Notes: generated by a model from the sequence alone, not told the origin. 64,000 bases of DNA from Bacteroidota bacterium (GCA_018692315.1 JABHKC010000098.1:6572-70571), one strand, 5' to 3'. Positions 44,807 to 55,712 are shown, counted from the first letter of the stretch. A program made the numbers and translations.

Positions 44807-47800
44807 TTAGTTTTCAATTTGAGTTTTCAATTCAAAAGCTTTCTCATTTAATCCCCAAATTTTGCTTTTCCCAATATACAAAACATGATACATTGACGGA
44901 ACAATTATGAGTGTGAGGAATGTAGCAAAGGATAATCCGAATATCACTGTCCAGGAAAAGGCTCCCCAAAAACTTGTCATATCTCCACCAAGATAAATTT
45001 TTGGATCTAAGTTGTTTAGAAAGGAAACAAAATCAATATTTATTCCAATTGCCATCGGCAGCAATCCGAGAATCGTAGTTATTGCAGTTAGTAGAACGGG
45101 TCGTAGTCTGATTTTCCCGGCAAAAACAATACATTCTAAAGAATCGGAAATTTTCAAATCATGTTCTTTTTTCAGGCCTAAGTCCTTCTTCTTCCGCATT
45201 TTTGTTAAATTGATATAGTCTATCAAAACTATTGCATTATTTACAACCACACCGGCTAATGAAACTATTCCAATTCCTGTCATTATTACAATAAAATCCA
45301 TTTTGAATGTTGCAATTCCGCCAAGAACACCTATTGTACTAAGTACCACACTCATAATTATGATAAATGGTTTAACAACCGAATTGAATTGAGATACTAA
45401 AATAATTGCAATTAGCGAGACTGCAATAAGCAATACCCGCAATAAAAAAGCCATTGATTCTTCTTGCTCTTCTTGCTCGCCCGTAAATTGATAATCATAA
45501 CCTTCAGGGAATGGGAATTGTGCCAGAATTGGTTTCAATTGATTGTTAATTTCTGTGGCATTATATCCTTCAATTATATTTGAATAAATCGTAATCATTC
45601 GGTTCAAATCTTTTCTTTTCACAGCACCGTAGGTAGTATTATACGAAAATGTTGCTACTGCTGAAACAGGTATCTGAATGATTTTTCCGCTCGATTGGCT
45701 TCTAAAAGTAACCTTCATATTCATCAAGGAAGAAATGTCGTTTCTGTATTTTTCTTTAAGCCTTAATACAATTGGATATTCGTCTTCGCCAACTTTGAAA
45801 TCTGAAACTTCTTTACCAAAAAGAGCTGTTCTGATGGTTGAGGCAATCATACCGGTTGATAGTCCGAAACGCCTTGATTTTTCTCTGTCTATATGAATTA
45901 GCATCTCGGGCATACCAACATCCAAATCAATTTTTAGACCTTCGATTCCTTCAATTTCAGCATGATTTATTATTTGCTGAACGGTATCGCTTAGATATAA
46001 TAATTGTTGAAAATCTTTACCACTAATTTCTAAATTTATTGGTTTGCCGGTAGGAGGTCCATTTGAATTTTTTTCTATCGAAAATTGTATGTTTGCGTAT
46101 TCACCAATCAATTCGTCGCTTAGTTCTTTCATAATATCGCTTGTTAAAACACCGCCACGGTCTTCGTAATCGACAAAAGTTACAGTCAATAGAAACTGGT
46201 TTGGTGTTTCCGAAAAGTTGAAATAATCTGATTCTGCTTTTGCACCAAGACCTACGGTTGTCAAAACTGATTTAACGATTTTCTCATTTTTCTTCAAAAC
46301 TCTCTCAACATGTTCTTCAATTATCATTGCAACAGAATCCGAAGCCGTAACATCCATTCCAATAGGTAGTTCGGCAAGAATATTAACGTATTCAGGATCG
46401 TTTTCGGGGAAGAATAAAACTTTAGGTGAACGTGCACCAAGAAACATGATTGTGAAAATTAGAAGCATGAAAGTCCCAAAAATAAAATAGTATGGATTAT
46501 TCTTTCGTAACACAAAATGGATGAATTGTTCGTATAAGTTTTCGAGTCTCAATAGAAAAACTTCTTGAAACCATCTGCCTAATTTATTTAAAATGAATAG
46601 ATTAAACAAGCCAATAATTGTTGCAATTCCGAAAAGAGTGCCAAGAATATTGCTTTGCGCAAGATAGAACAAAATACAAAGGACAAATGTTATTGCCGAA
46701 ATTATGAGCGATCTTTTTCTGTTTGGAGGCTCTTTGTGTGCATCTTTTTTTACTAAGGATGAAGCAAAAACAGGAATTATTACTAAAGCAACAAACAATG
46801 ATGAGGTAAGTACAATTATCAATGTTATTGGCAGATATTTCATAAATTCTCCCATGAGGCTATCCCAAAAAATTAATGGGAAAAATGCAGCAAGTGTTGT
46901 TGCCGTTGAGGTAATTATTGCGATTGCAATTTCTCCGGCGGCTTGTCGTGCTGCTTCGAATTTAGAATATCCACGGTCGATATACCTATAAATATTTTCG
47001 ACCACCACAATTGCGTTATCTACGAGCATTCCGAGTGCAAGGATTAATCCAAAAAGAATTATCATATTAATCCGATAGCCAAGAAAGTTGAGTATAACAA
47101 AAGAAATGAGCATCGACATTGGAATTGCCGAACCTACCAGCATTGCATTTCGCGTTCCAAGAAAAATGTAGAGAACAATAATAACGAAAATGATTCCGAG
47201 TATCATTGAGTTTTCTAAATTCGAAAGTTGTTTACGAATCATTACTGATTGATCGTTGGTTAAAACTATCGACAAATTTTCGGGAATACTGTGACTTTTT
47301 CTTGCCTGATCAAGTATTTCGAAAATCTGATCGGTTGCATCAAGCAAATTTTCACCGCTTTTTTTCACCACTTGCAAAGAAACCACTGCTTGCCTGTTTA
47401 GTCTGGCAAAATTGTTCGGTTCTTCGTAACCATCAACTATTTCTGCAACATCCCTTAAATATACAATTTTACCATCCTCGTGTTTTACTATAATATTTTC
47501 TATCTCTTTTACGGATAAAAATTCGCCAATTATTCGGATTGAACGATGGGTTTTATTTAATTTTAGCTCTCCGGCCGACATAGAAATATTTTCGAAAGCT
47601 ATTGCATCTTCAATGTCCTGAAAGCTAATTTTACTTGCTTCAGTTTTGAGCGGATCAATATTTATCTTAATTTCTCTTTCGTTAATTCCAGCAATATTAA
47701 CTTTCGATATTTCTTTTATTTTTTCGATTTCATCTTGCAGATAATCGGCAAATCGTTTTAGCTCAATCAGGCTGTAATCTCCTGAAAGATTAATATTTAT

Positions 47801-48280
47801 AATTGGAAATTCCGAGAAATCTATGTCGTTCACTGAAGGGTCTGCCGGCAGATCGTCTGGCAACTCGCTTTTTGCTTTGTCCACAGCATCTTTCACATCT
47901 ACCAGAGCTTCGTTGATGTCGATATTTGTATTAAATTCCACTATCACTGCCGACACGTCTTGTGAAGATGTAGAACTTAACCTTTTTACATTTTTTACAG
48001 TTTCCAGCTCTTTTTCGATTGGTCTGGTTATTAGGTTTTCGATATCTAAAGGTGGATTTCCGGGATAGATCGTATTTACAAGAATTGTAGGAAAAAATAC
48101 TTCTGGAAATAGTTCTTTTGGCAACGAGCGATATGAATATAAGCCAAAAATTAGGAAAACTATTGCTAATAAATAAATCGTATTTTTATTTTTTAATGCA
48201 AATGAAGTTAGAAAAAAATCTCTGATTACTTTTTTCTTTGTTTGTGATTCAGTAATAATTTCCTGATTATCAGTGTTCAT
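44807..48280 (-). CDS. efflux RND transporter permease subunit
   Basis: 1157 aa, 12-TM AcrB/CzcA architecture, conserved GMLVDNAIVVVENI and VVNNAIVLIDY motifs. Confidence 0.9.
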   Translation of the reverse strand: MNTDNQEIITESQTKKKVIRDFFLTSFALKNKNTIYLLAIVFLIFGLYSYRSLPKELFPEVFFPTILVNTIYPGNPPLDIENLITRPIEKELETVKNVKRLSSTSSQDVSAVIVEFNTNIDINEALVDVKDAVDKAKSELPDDLPADPSVNDIDFSEFPIININLSGDYSLIELKRFADYLQDEIEKIKEISKVNIAGINEREIKINIDPLKTEASKISFQDIEDAIAFENISMSAGELKLNKTHRSIRIIGEFLSVKEIENIIVKHEDGKIVYLRDVAEIVDGYEEPNNFARLNRQAVVSLQVVKKSGENLLDATDQIFEILDQARKSHSIPENLSIVLTNDQSVMIRKQLSNLENSMILGIIFVIIVLYIFLGTRNAMLVGSAIPMSMLISFVILNFLGYRINMIILFGLILALGMLVDNAIVVVENIYRYIDRGYSKFEAARQAAGEIAIAIITSTATTLAAFFPLIFWDSLMGEFMKYLPITLIIVLTSSLFVALVIIPVFASSLVKKDAHKEPPNRKRSLIISAITFVLCILFYLAQSNILGTLFGIATIIGLFNLFILNKLGRWFQEVFLLRLENLYEQFIHFVLRKNNPYYFIFGTFMLLIFTIMFLGARSPKVLFFPENDPEYVNILAELPIGMDVTASDSVAMIIEEHVERVLKKNEKIVKSVLTTVGLGAKAESDYFNFSETPNQFLLTVTFVDYEDRGGVLTSDIMKELSDELIGEYANIQFSIEKNSNGPPTGKPINLEISGKDFQQLLYLSDTVQQIINHAEIEGIEGLKIDLDVGMPEMLIHIDREKSRRFGLSTGMIASTIRTALFGKEVSDFKVGEDEYPIVLRLKEKYRNDISSLMNMKVTFRSQSSGKIIQIPVSAVATFSYNTTYGAVKRKDLNRMITIYSNIIEGYNATEINNQLKPILAQFPFPEGYDYQFTGEQEEQEESMAFLLRVLLIAVSLIAIILVSQFNSVVKPFIIIMSVVLSTIGVLGGIATFKMDFIVIMTGIGIVSLAGVVVNNAIVLIDYINLTKMRKKKDLGLKKEHDLKISDSLECIVFAGKIRLRPVLLTAITTILGLLPMAIGINIDFVSFLNNLDPKIYLGGDMTSFWGAFSWTVIFGLSFATFLTLIIVPSMYHVLYIGKSKIWGLNEKAFELKTQIEN

Positions 48281-48433
48281 ATTTTATTTTTTTATTTTTT
48301 ATTTGCAAATTCTTAAATAGATATTTCGCATATTGGATTTCTGAACTATAAGATTTAATTCAATGGGATTGTTTTCACCAATAAATTTTCACTTATTATG
48401 CTAATAAAAGAATCGAATATAATTAGTCATTTT

Positions 48434-48471
48434 ATCAGTTTATAAATTTCATTAAAAATTTATAAACTGAT
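48434..48471. repeat. perfect 16-bp AT hairpin directly after the toxin gene stop
   Basis: atcagtttataaattt-cattaa-aaatttataaactgat. Confidence 0.7.
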
Positions 48472-48474
48472 ATT

Positions 48475-48849
48475 TTATTGGTAATTATTCCGAATTCTCA
48501 GCTTTGTGTCTTCTATTATCACTAAAGAATTTGATAAAATATCTGTTTTCAGATTTAATAGCTGACTATAAACTTTTATTACATTTGTTGCTTGAATGTT
48601 TTTTAGCTTAATATAGATAATTCCATAATAACTAATCCCTTCAAAAATATCTGACTTCCCAAAGTCTTCGTCGTGGGTCAAAACAAACCGGTTTCCTAAA
48701 TATGCAGTTTTAATAAGCTCTTCGTCGGTTTTTCCAATCCAATTGTTTTCTTTTACGTCAAGTACATCTATGTTTTGTAGTCGAAGAAAATTGACTACTA
48801 CAGGAGAAATATTTTCATCGGTAAGTAATTTTATCTTTTTAAATATCAT
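48475..48849 (-). CDS. DUF5615-family PIN-like putative toxin
   Basis: 124 aa; LLTDENISPVVVNFLR...DVLDV...THDEDFG pattern; ATGA overlap with the upstream DUF433 gene. Confidence 0.65.
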   Translation of the reverse strand: MIFKKIKLLTDENISPVVVNFLRLQNIDVLDVKENNWIGKTDEELIKTAYLGNRFVLTHDEDFGKSDIFEGISYYGIIYIKLKNIQATNVIKVYSQLLNLKTDILSNSLVIIEDTKLRIRNNYQ

Positions 48850-49073
48850 AACTTAACCTCCAAATTTAGATTATCAATATTTTTGTAAAAATGTGCCAAA
48901 TATTTGTAGCAGGCATGTAAATCTTCCTTTATAATATGAGAATAGTCTTGAAGAATTTCATCTTCCGATACTCCGGAAGCAAGTAAATTGAGAATAAATT
49001 CAACACTTATTCTTGAACCAGCAATAATTGGCCTTCCTCCAGCAATTTTCGGATTAATTGTAATTCTTTCCAT
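48846..49073 (-). CDS. DUF433 domain putative antitoxin
   Basis: 75 aa; INPKIAGGRPIIAGSRISVEFILNLLASGVSEDEILQDY is the DUF433 signature. Confidence 0.75.
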   Translation of the reverse strand: MERITINPKIAGGRPIIAGSRISVEFILNLLASGVSEDEILQDYSHIIKEDLHACYKYLAHFYKNIDNLNLEVKL

Positions 49074-49143
49074 AACCTCCCAAATTCATAATAATAAATC
49101 TTCAAAAATATTGATTTTATTTAAATATCAAAATCCAACCAAA

Positions 49144-50319
49144 TTAATTTGACGGATTTACTTTATCGCCATCGGCAATAAGATTATAACCTTTGACAAT
49201 AACCTTATTCCCTTCGGATAGTCCTTTTGAAATAATTGTATTGTCGTTTTCCGACATTCCGGGTTCAACATAAACTTTTTTCGCAAAGCTACCGTTGTTA
49301 GTCTTCTCGGCCACATAGAGGTATGTTCCTTTCATATCTTGTTTTAAAATTATAGAAGGAACAACAAGAGCATTATTGTTTTCATAATCATTTAGTTTTA
49401 ATACAGTTGTAAGATTTGGTTTTAGTAAATTATTTTTGTTTTTTATTAATAATTGTGTTTTGAAAGTTCGGTTTTGAGTACTAATTACATTTCCAATTCT
49501 ATAAATATCAGTATAAATTGTCATTTCCGGGTAGGCTGATATTTTAAGCAGAACAGAATCTCCTTCCTTAATTTTTGAAATATATGCCTCAGAAATATCT
49601 GCATTAATATATACCGATTCCAAATTTACGATTAGCATAAATTGCATTCCGGGAACAGCCAATTCTCCTTCCTTTAAAGATATCATTTCAATTGTTCCGT
49701 TGATGGGTGAAGTAATCAATGCCATGTTTTTTTGTGCTCTTAAAGTACTGAGCTTATTTTCGAGGGAAATTTTGTTGTTTTTTGCATTCAAAAAATCTAT
49801 TTCGGAGCCAATTTTTTTATCCCAAAGCTGCTTTTGCTTTTTGTACAACAGACTTGCCAATTCTAATGAAGATTCGATTTCTTTTATTGTATTGTCTGTA
49901 ACACTGGTATTTAGCTTAGCAAGCGATTGACCTTTTTTTACTTTTTGTCCTTCAACTACATAAATTTTATTTATCTGGCCATTAATTTCGGGACTTATAA
50001 ATGCTTGTTTTACAGCTTCGACACTACCGCTTGCCTCAAAAAAGTGTTCAAACTTTTCAGATACAACAGTTTTACTAACAACTTTTTGAATATGTTCTTG
50101 ATTGTCCGCTCCTTTGATTTCTTTTAATTGGCCTTTCAATTCGTGATTTTTTGCATTAAGTTCGGCAATCTCTTTTTTGTTTTTTGACATTTCCTGATTT
50201 ATGGATTCTTCTGTGATTGCTGGATTGCTACACGAAAGAAGAAACATAAAACCAATTATTAAGATTTTTAAATTCGCTATATTTTTAAAAAAAGCAAAAA
50301 CTCTATTTTGTAATTTCAT
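49144..50319 (-). CDS. efflux RND transporter periplasmic adaptor subunit (MFP)
   Basis: Lipoprotein-like N-terminus (LLSCS), coiled-coil hairpin, barrel-sandwich and beta-barrel pattern. Confidence 0.85.
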   Translation of the reverse strand: MKLQNRVFAFFKNIANLKILIIGFMFLLSCSNPAITEESINQEMSKNKKEIAELNAKNHELKGQLKEIKGADNQEHIQKVVSKTVVSEKFEHFFEASGSVEAVKQAFISPEINGQINKIYVVEGQKVKKGQSLAKLNTSVTDNTIKEIESSLELASLLYKKQKQLWDKKIGSEIDFLNAKNNKISLENKLSTLRAQKNMALITSPINGTIEMISLKEGELAVPGMQFMLIVNLESVYINADISEAYISKIKEGDSVLLKISAYPEMTIYTDIYRIGNVISTQNRTFKTQLLIKNKNNLLKPNLTTVLKLNDYENNNALVVPSIILKQDMKGTYLYVAEKTNNGSFAKKVYVEPGMSENDNTIISKGLSEGNKVIVKGYNLIADGDKVNPSN

Positions 50320-50331
50320 TTGTTGCGGGTT

Positions 50332-51699
50332 TTAATTTTTATATAATAATTTATTTAGACCGGAATTTGCTTTAAGCAAATCTATCATTTTGTTGAAATA
50401 ATTTGATTGTGCTGTAAGATATTGATTATGAACTTGTGTTAAGTCGAAACTCGTTGAAATTCCTTCTTGATATTTGGTTAATGTTTTTTCATAGATTTTC
50501 TTGGCAAGTTCCAGATTTTGTTTCAAGTTTAAATATTCTTCATAGTTTGTTTTTAAATCAGATTTTGCTTGTTCGACTCCAAGAATTAAATTTTGTTCGA
50601 CTTGCCATTTTGTATTTCTAACTTTTTCGAGCTCAATTTTTGCTTGTGAAACTTTCGACAATTTCATGCCGCTCGACAAAAGGGGAACTTCGATATTTAA
50701 TCCAAAAATATCGGGTGGCGAAAAATTAAATTCCGGTTTGTTCATTTGTTCTTCGTGATTATAAAAAGCTGCTACACTTGGAAGAAATGTCGATTTTTCT
50801 CTTTTCAAACTCAAGTTCGACAGATTTTCCTGGGTTGTAATTAATTTGTAATCAATATTATTTTCTACAAAAAATTGTTCGTTCAATAATTGTTCGTACG
50901 ATATATTTGAAAGAATATCGTCAAGATTATCAGTTAATTCAATATCAATTTCAGTTTCCAAACCTAATTGCATTTTCAAAAGTTTGTATGTCAAACCTAC
51001 CTGACGTTCTAATGAGCTTAGCGAGTTTTTAATGTTGGAAAGTGTGAGTTCTATTTGGTCAAAATCTGTATCTTCCACAAAACCAACATTTAACATTTCC
51101 TTTATTTCATAAGCAATTTTTTCTGTATTTGTTAGAGTCGATTCTAAAATTTCCTTACTTTTTTCGGCTATTAGAACCAAGTAATATGTATTTATTATCA
51201 ATTCTTTAATATCTGCTTCGGTCTTCTGCAGGTTTTGTTCTGAGAGCTTTTTATAGATTTTCGATGCCTGCAATCCAACAATATATTCGCCACTAAAAAC
51301 CAACTGCGACACATTAAAATCGAAGGTAACATTTTCTTTTGTTCCAAGTTGGATTGGCTCTCCTTCAACATAGTTATCCATGACCATATCTGATGTCAAT
51401 GGCATTGTTGCATCTATTGACTGCCAATCGATATAGCCGCCAAAGTTCATTTCCGGGACTTCCAAAATATTCGAATAATTTGCTGTTCCGGTGGCATGTG
51501 GCAAACCTATTGCAGTGGTTTCCCAAACTTTCTTTTTTGCTAAAACAATATCGAGTTTTGCATTTTTTATTTGGGCATTATTTTTAAGGGCATAATCCTG
51601 AGCTTCTTTCAAGGACAGTTTCATAACTGTCTGCGACTGCATATTGAGAGCTGAAAATAGTATCACTATAACAGCCAAAATGCCATGTTTAATCTTCAT
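50332..51699 (-). CDS. TolC family outer-membrane efflux protein
   Basis: Signal peptide, LSLKEAQDYALKNN opening, duplicated coiled-coil/beta repeats. Confidence 0.85.
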   Translation of the reverse strand: MKIKHGILAVIVILFSALNMQSQTVMKLSLKEAQDYALKNNAQIKNAKLDIVLAKKKVWETTAIGLPHATGTANYSNILEVPEMNFGGYIDWQSIDATMPLTSDMVMDNYVEGEPIQLGTKENVTFDFNVSQLVFSGEYIVGLQASKIYKKLSEQNLQKTEADIKELIINTYYLVLIAEKSKEILESTLTNTEKIAYEIKEMLNVGFVEDTDFDQIELTLSNIKNSLSSLERQVGLTYKLLKMQLGLETEIDIELTDNLDDILSNISYEQLLNEQFFVENNIDYKLITTQENLSNLSLKREKSTFLPSVAAFYNHEEQMNKPEFNFSPPDIFGLNIEVPLLSSGMKLSKVSQAKIELEKVRNTKWQVEQNLILGVEQAKSDLKTNYEEYLNLKQNLELAKKIYEKTLTKYQEGISTSFDLTQVHNQYLTAQSNYFNKMIDLLKANSGLNKLLYKN

Positions 51700-52319
51700 T
51701 ATATTTGGGTTTTTAGTTCTTTAAGTTTTTCGTAAAGCAATTTTATTCCATTCGGGTTTGCAATTCCATGAATGTGATAAATAAATAATTCATAGAAAAC
51801 TTCTGTAGAAATAATTTCTTGATTGGAAAAATTTTCGCTTCTGCCAATATTATCCATTCGGTCGAGATAGAATTTTACTATTATTTGTTCATTTATCTCT
51901 TTTCTGAATAGATTTTGCTTTTTCCCTTTTATGATGTTATTAAGAAATATTTCGTACATCCTTTCTCGTCGGTTGCACTTCAAATTATTCAGTAAGGAAG
52001 GATAGTATTTTTTCAAATCGTAGAAAGTGGAAGGATTGTGCTTTTGCAAAATATGGTTTACATGTTTATTTATCTCAAATAATTCGTCAATTGCATTTAG
52101 ATTTTTTTCTAACAAATTGTCTAAAAACACATTTCTTTCCTCAATATCAGCCTGCAAAACTTTTTCAACAAGCTCAGTTTTGTCTTTTATGTGTTGATAC
52201 AATGTCTTTTTCGAAATTCCAAGTTCTCTTGCAACATCGTCCATTGTGATACTTTTTATCCCATATTTCTGATAAAGAACTCTTACATTAGAAACTATAT
52301 TTTGTAAATCCTTATTCAT
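51699..52319 (-). CDS. TetR/AcrR family transcriptional regulator
   Basis: N-terminal HTH YGIKSITMDDVARELGISKKTLYQH; heads the efflux operon. Confidence 0.85.
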   Translation of the reverse strand: MNKDLQNIVSNVRVLYQKYGIKSITMDDVARELGISKKTLYQHIKDKTELVEKVLQADIEERNVFLDNLLEKNLNAIDELFEINKHVNHILQKHNPSTFYDLKKYYPSLLNNLKCNRRERMYEIFLNNIIKGKKQNLFRKEINEQIIVKFYLDRMDNIGRSENFSNQEIISTEVFYELFIYHIHGIANPNGIKLLYEKLKELKTQI

Positions 52320-52441
52320 GCGGCAAAAGTAATTCTAAAAACTTAGGAAACAAATTATTTATAAAACGTTTCTATTGTTTATTTAGTTTTTTTTCGTTTA
52401 ACTATGAAGAAATCTTGAGTGTAACTTCAAATTTTCTTTAG

Positions 52442-52699
52442 AAAGTTTTGATTATTGAAGGTGAATAGCAACTACTTAGAACAATTTCGGATTTTTTAAT
52501 GACGGAGAAATATATTTGCGAGTTTTCCGAAAACTTTGATTCGGCCATAAATTCCTTAGATGATAAAATCGCAGGTTTATATTTAGGAGCTGACGATTAT
52601 TTGACCAAACCATTAGAAATTTACGAATGGAATTCCAGAATTAAGGCACTCATTAGAAGGAGGCAATTCGATGGAGATAAAATAGTAAAATCGAATTAG
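52442..52699 (+). pseudogene. response-regulator receiver-domain pseudogene
   Basis: Frame reads *KVLIIEGE*QLLRTISDFLMTEKY...GADDYLTKPLEIYEWNSRIKALIRR: no start codon, an in-frame TAG at 52466, an internal deletion, and no output domain. Confidence 0.6.
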
Positions 52700-52942
52700 A
52701 ATATAATTATTCAACCCTCGCTTTACATCTTTCGTAAAAATAATAAAAACCAAAACCCTGTATTTTATCAGCGTTTTGGTTTGAATTACAATTTTTATAA
52801 AAAATTTTCGCTTGGATTAAATCTACGAGTAAACAAATTCCATATTCTCGATTTTATTGAATGGAGTTTTATTTACAAAATTAAGTACAAGTAAACAAAA
52901 TTACAATCAATAGAGATTTTATTCATTTTGAGTACGGTATTA

Positions 52943-54250
52943 TCATTCAGAACCAACTTTCTGTTTAAACCATGCCAAATCTTGCGATTTAGGTCTTTCT
53001 ATTGAAAATCCTAAAGCTCTGTCCCAGACCAATTGTGCTAAAACACCAAGTGCTCTTGAAACACCAAATAAAACTGTATAAAAATCGTATTCCTTAATTC
53101 CATAATGCAGGAGCATCACACCTGAATGAGCATCGACATTTGGCCAGGGATTTTTTATTTTCGAGATGTTTGACAGAATCGGAGGGACTACTTCATATAT
53201 ATTATTAACAACTTGAAACAAAGGATCCTCCGGAAAATGCTTTTGTGCAAATTCTCTTTGAGCTAAATATCTGGGGTCGGTTTTTCGTAACACAGCATGA
53301 CCATATCCAGGAACCACTTTACCTTCTTTCAATGTTCGGGTAGTATATTCTGCTATTTGTTTTTTACTTGGATTTTCGTTCCCAATTTCTTCCAACATTT
53401 TAAATATCCATCTAATAACTTCCTGATTAGCCAAACCATGCAAAGGTCCGGCTAATCCGGCCAGTCCGGCAGCAAATGAATAATACGGATTGCTAAGAGC
53501 CGAACCAACCAAATGTGTTGTATGTGCCGAAACATTTCCTCCTTCGTGGTCGGTATGAATTGTTAAATATAATCTGAAAAGTTCTTTTACTTCTGGGCTA
53601 TCATATCCCATCATATGAGCGAAATTTGCTGCCCAGTCTAATCCGGGTATCGCTTCAATAAAATTAGAATTATGGAAAGATCTTCTATAAATGTAGGCAG
53701 CAATTCGCGGCAAACGAGCAATAAGGTCCATTACATCTTCGTAGGTAAGATCCCAGTAATCTTTCTTGACTAAACCTTGCCTGTGAGCAAGCCTGAATTT
53801 TGATTCGGTTGACATTGATGCAATTGAACTTACAAGCTGAGTCATCGGATGTGCATCAACAGGAAAGGAGTTTATAATATCGTAAACATATTGAGGAACT
53901 TCTGCTCGGTCGTACCATTCTTTCGAGAGTTGAGTAACATCGTCTTCAGTAGGGATGTGATTTAGCAACATTAAATAAAATAGCCCTTCAGGCAAAGGAT
54001 AATTTCCTCCTTTTGCTGTAGGCAAAATTTTCTTTAATTCCGGAATTGAATATCCACGAAATCTTATACCTTCTTCCGGATCAAGTTTCGAGGTGCTTGT
54101 TAACAGACTGACAACACCACGCATTCCAGTCAAAACCTGTTCTAAAGTTACATCGCAGATAACTTTTTTTCCATGCTCCCTATTTAGCTTTTTAATACTT
54201 TCAATAAAAGGAGGAGCTTCTTCGTAAATAATTTTTTTAATTTTTTTCAT
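52943..54250 (-). CDS. gltA: citrate synthase
   Basis: GYGHAVLRKTDPR, HTDHEGGNVSAHT and GPLHGLANQE signatures. Confidence 0.93.
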   Translation of the reverse strand: MKKIKKIIYEEAPPFIESIKKLNREHGKKVICDVTLEQVLTGMRGVVSLLTSTSKLDPEEGIRFRGYSIPELKKILPTAKGGNYPLPEGLFYLMLLNHIPTEDDVTQLSKEWYDRAEVPQYVYDIINSFPVDAHPMTQLVSSIASMSTESKFRLAHRQGLVKKDYWDLTYEDVMDLIARLPRIAAYIYRRSFHNSNFIEAIPGLDWAANFAHMMGYDSPEVKELFRLYLTIHTDHEGGNVSAHTTHLVGSALSNPYYSFAAGLAGLAGPLHGLANQEVIRWIFKMLEEIGNENPSKKQIAEYTTRTLKEGKVVPGYGHAVLRKTDPRYLAQREFAQKHFPEDPLFQVVNNIYEVVPPILSNISKIKNPWPNVDAHSGVMLLHYGIKEYDFYTVLFGVSRALGVLAQLVWDRALGFSIERPKSQDLAWFKQKVGSE

Positions 54251-54742
54251 AATATTTAGTTTTAAAATAAATAATTTAACTATTCAGACTTATTGCTTAA
54301 AACAAAAAAATAAGAACTCAAAATTCCGTTTGTGAAGATCAATGCTTGTATAATTTGCTTGAATCAGATGCAATCAGTTTTCTGAAGTAAAAACTTATAA
54401 CTATAGAGCTTCAACTTTCATCAACAAAATACTTATACGAAGCATTCTTACTCAAATATTGCATCCATTTTGGATAACTTTGTCAAAAAAAATATGTACT
54501 ATCCAAATTTAATACAAATTAAAGCTAAAAGCAAATATTAATTGAATTTGGAAACTATTTATTACATATTCTCAAGTCAATTTTTTCAATAAAAAGAGAA
54601 AAAAGCAAATTTTCATTGATAGATATGAAATCATTAAAGTTATTCTCTCCCTATTTTTATGGCATATGTTTGTTAGTTGAAATAAGCTCGGAAAATAAAA
54701 TTTAGTAGGAATCAAATTTTTAAGTAATAATAAAAATAAAAG

Positions 54743-54750
54743 TAAATTTG
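54743..54750 (+). promoter_or_regulatory. candidate -7 promoter box (TAnnTTTG)
   Basis: taaatttg lies 27 bp upstream of the ATG at 54777. Confidence 0.35.
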
Positions 54751-54776
54751 TGCCGTATTAAAAACGAGATTTTATT

Positions 54777-55706
54777 ATGAGCGAAAAAAGTATTAGTGAT
54801 AACAAAAATAAACAATTGATGGGCGAAACGAATAAGACGAAAAAGAGCAATTTGGCTTATATTATTTTACTGGTAATAATGGCAATAGCGATTGCAGCAA
54901 TATCATGGTTCTATTATCAACAGAAAATAGAAACAGAAAAAATTGTAAGCGTATTAAAAATTGAGAAACAAGATATTCAGACCGAATTGGACATTTTGCT
55001 TAGCGAATACGATACTTTAAAAACCAACAACGACACTCTTAATGTAAAATTAGCTGAGGAAAGGTCAAAAATTCAGCTTATGATTGAAGATGTTAAACAA
55101 ATTAAGGCAACAAATGCTTCAAAAATTCGACAGTACAAAAAGGAGCTTGGGACATTGCGAAATATCATGAAAAGCTACATCACTCAAATAGATTCTTTAA
55201 ATACAAAAAACCAGGAATTAACCCTCGAAAATATTGAAGTTCGAGAGAAAATTCAAAAAGCAAAAAACAGAAATCAAAAGCTTTCAAAAACAAATGAAGA
55301 TTTAAGCAATATTGTAGAAAAAGCCGCTGTTCTGAAAGCAAATAATTTTGATATTATATCCTTGAATAAAAGGGGCAGAGAGACTAAAAAAGCAAGCCGG
55401 CTTAAAAAAATCAAAGTGTGCTTCGATATTTCAGAAAATGTAGTTGTTGAGCCCGGAGCCAAAGATGTTTTTATTCGAATTGTTCGCCCCGATGATCTGG
55501 TGCTGACAAAATCGGTAGAAAACCTTTTTGAATTTGAAGGAATGGAGATAGTATATTCGGCAAAACGACTACTTGAATATGAAAACAAAGAAGCCCAAAT
55601 TTGCATTTTTTGGGAAAATGATGAAATATATTTGCCCGGAAATTATTCTGTAGATGTATTTTTGGAAGGAAACCTAGTTGGTTCAGCCGATTTTGAAATG
55701 AAATAA
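54777..55706 (+). CDS. membrane-anchored coiled-coil protein, function unknown
   Basis: One TM helix (aa 25-45), about 150 aa of heptad-rich sequence, C-terminal beta-rich domain. Confidence 0.4.
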   Translation: MSEKSISDNKNKQLMGETNKTKKSNLAYIILLVIMAIAIAAISWFYYQQKIETEKIVSVLKIEKQDIQTELDILLSEYDTLKTNNDTLNVKLAEERSKIQLMIEDVKQIKATNASKIRQYKKELGTLRNIMKSYITQIDSLNTKNQELTLENIEVREKIQKAKNRNQKLSKTNEDLSNIVEKAAVLKANNFDIISLNKRGRETKKASRLKKIKVCFDISENVVVEPGAKDVFIRIVRPDDLVLTKSVENLFEFEGMEIVYSAKRLLEYENKEAQICIFWENDEIYLPGNYSVDVFLEGNLVGSADFEMK

Positions 55707-55712
55707 ATAGCT

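Noticed and set aside
52499-52699. 66-aa ORF as an intact small gene
   Set aside because: It is the tail of a receiver-domain pseudogene. The same frame continues upstream through a TAG stop, and the domain is internally deleted.
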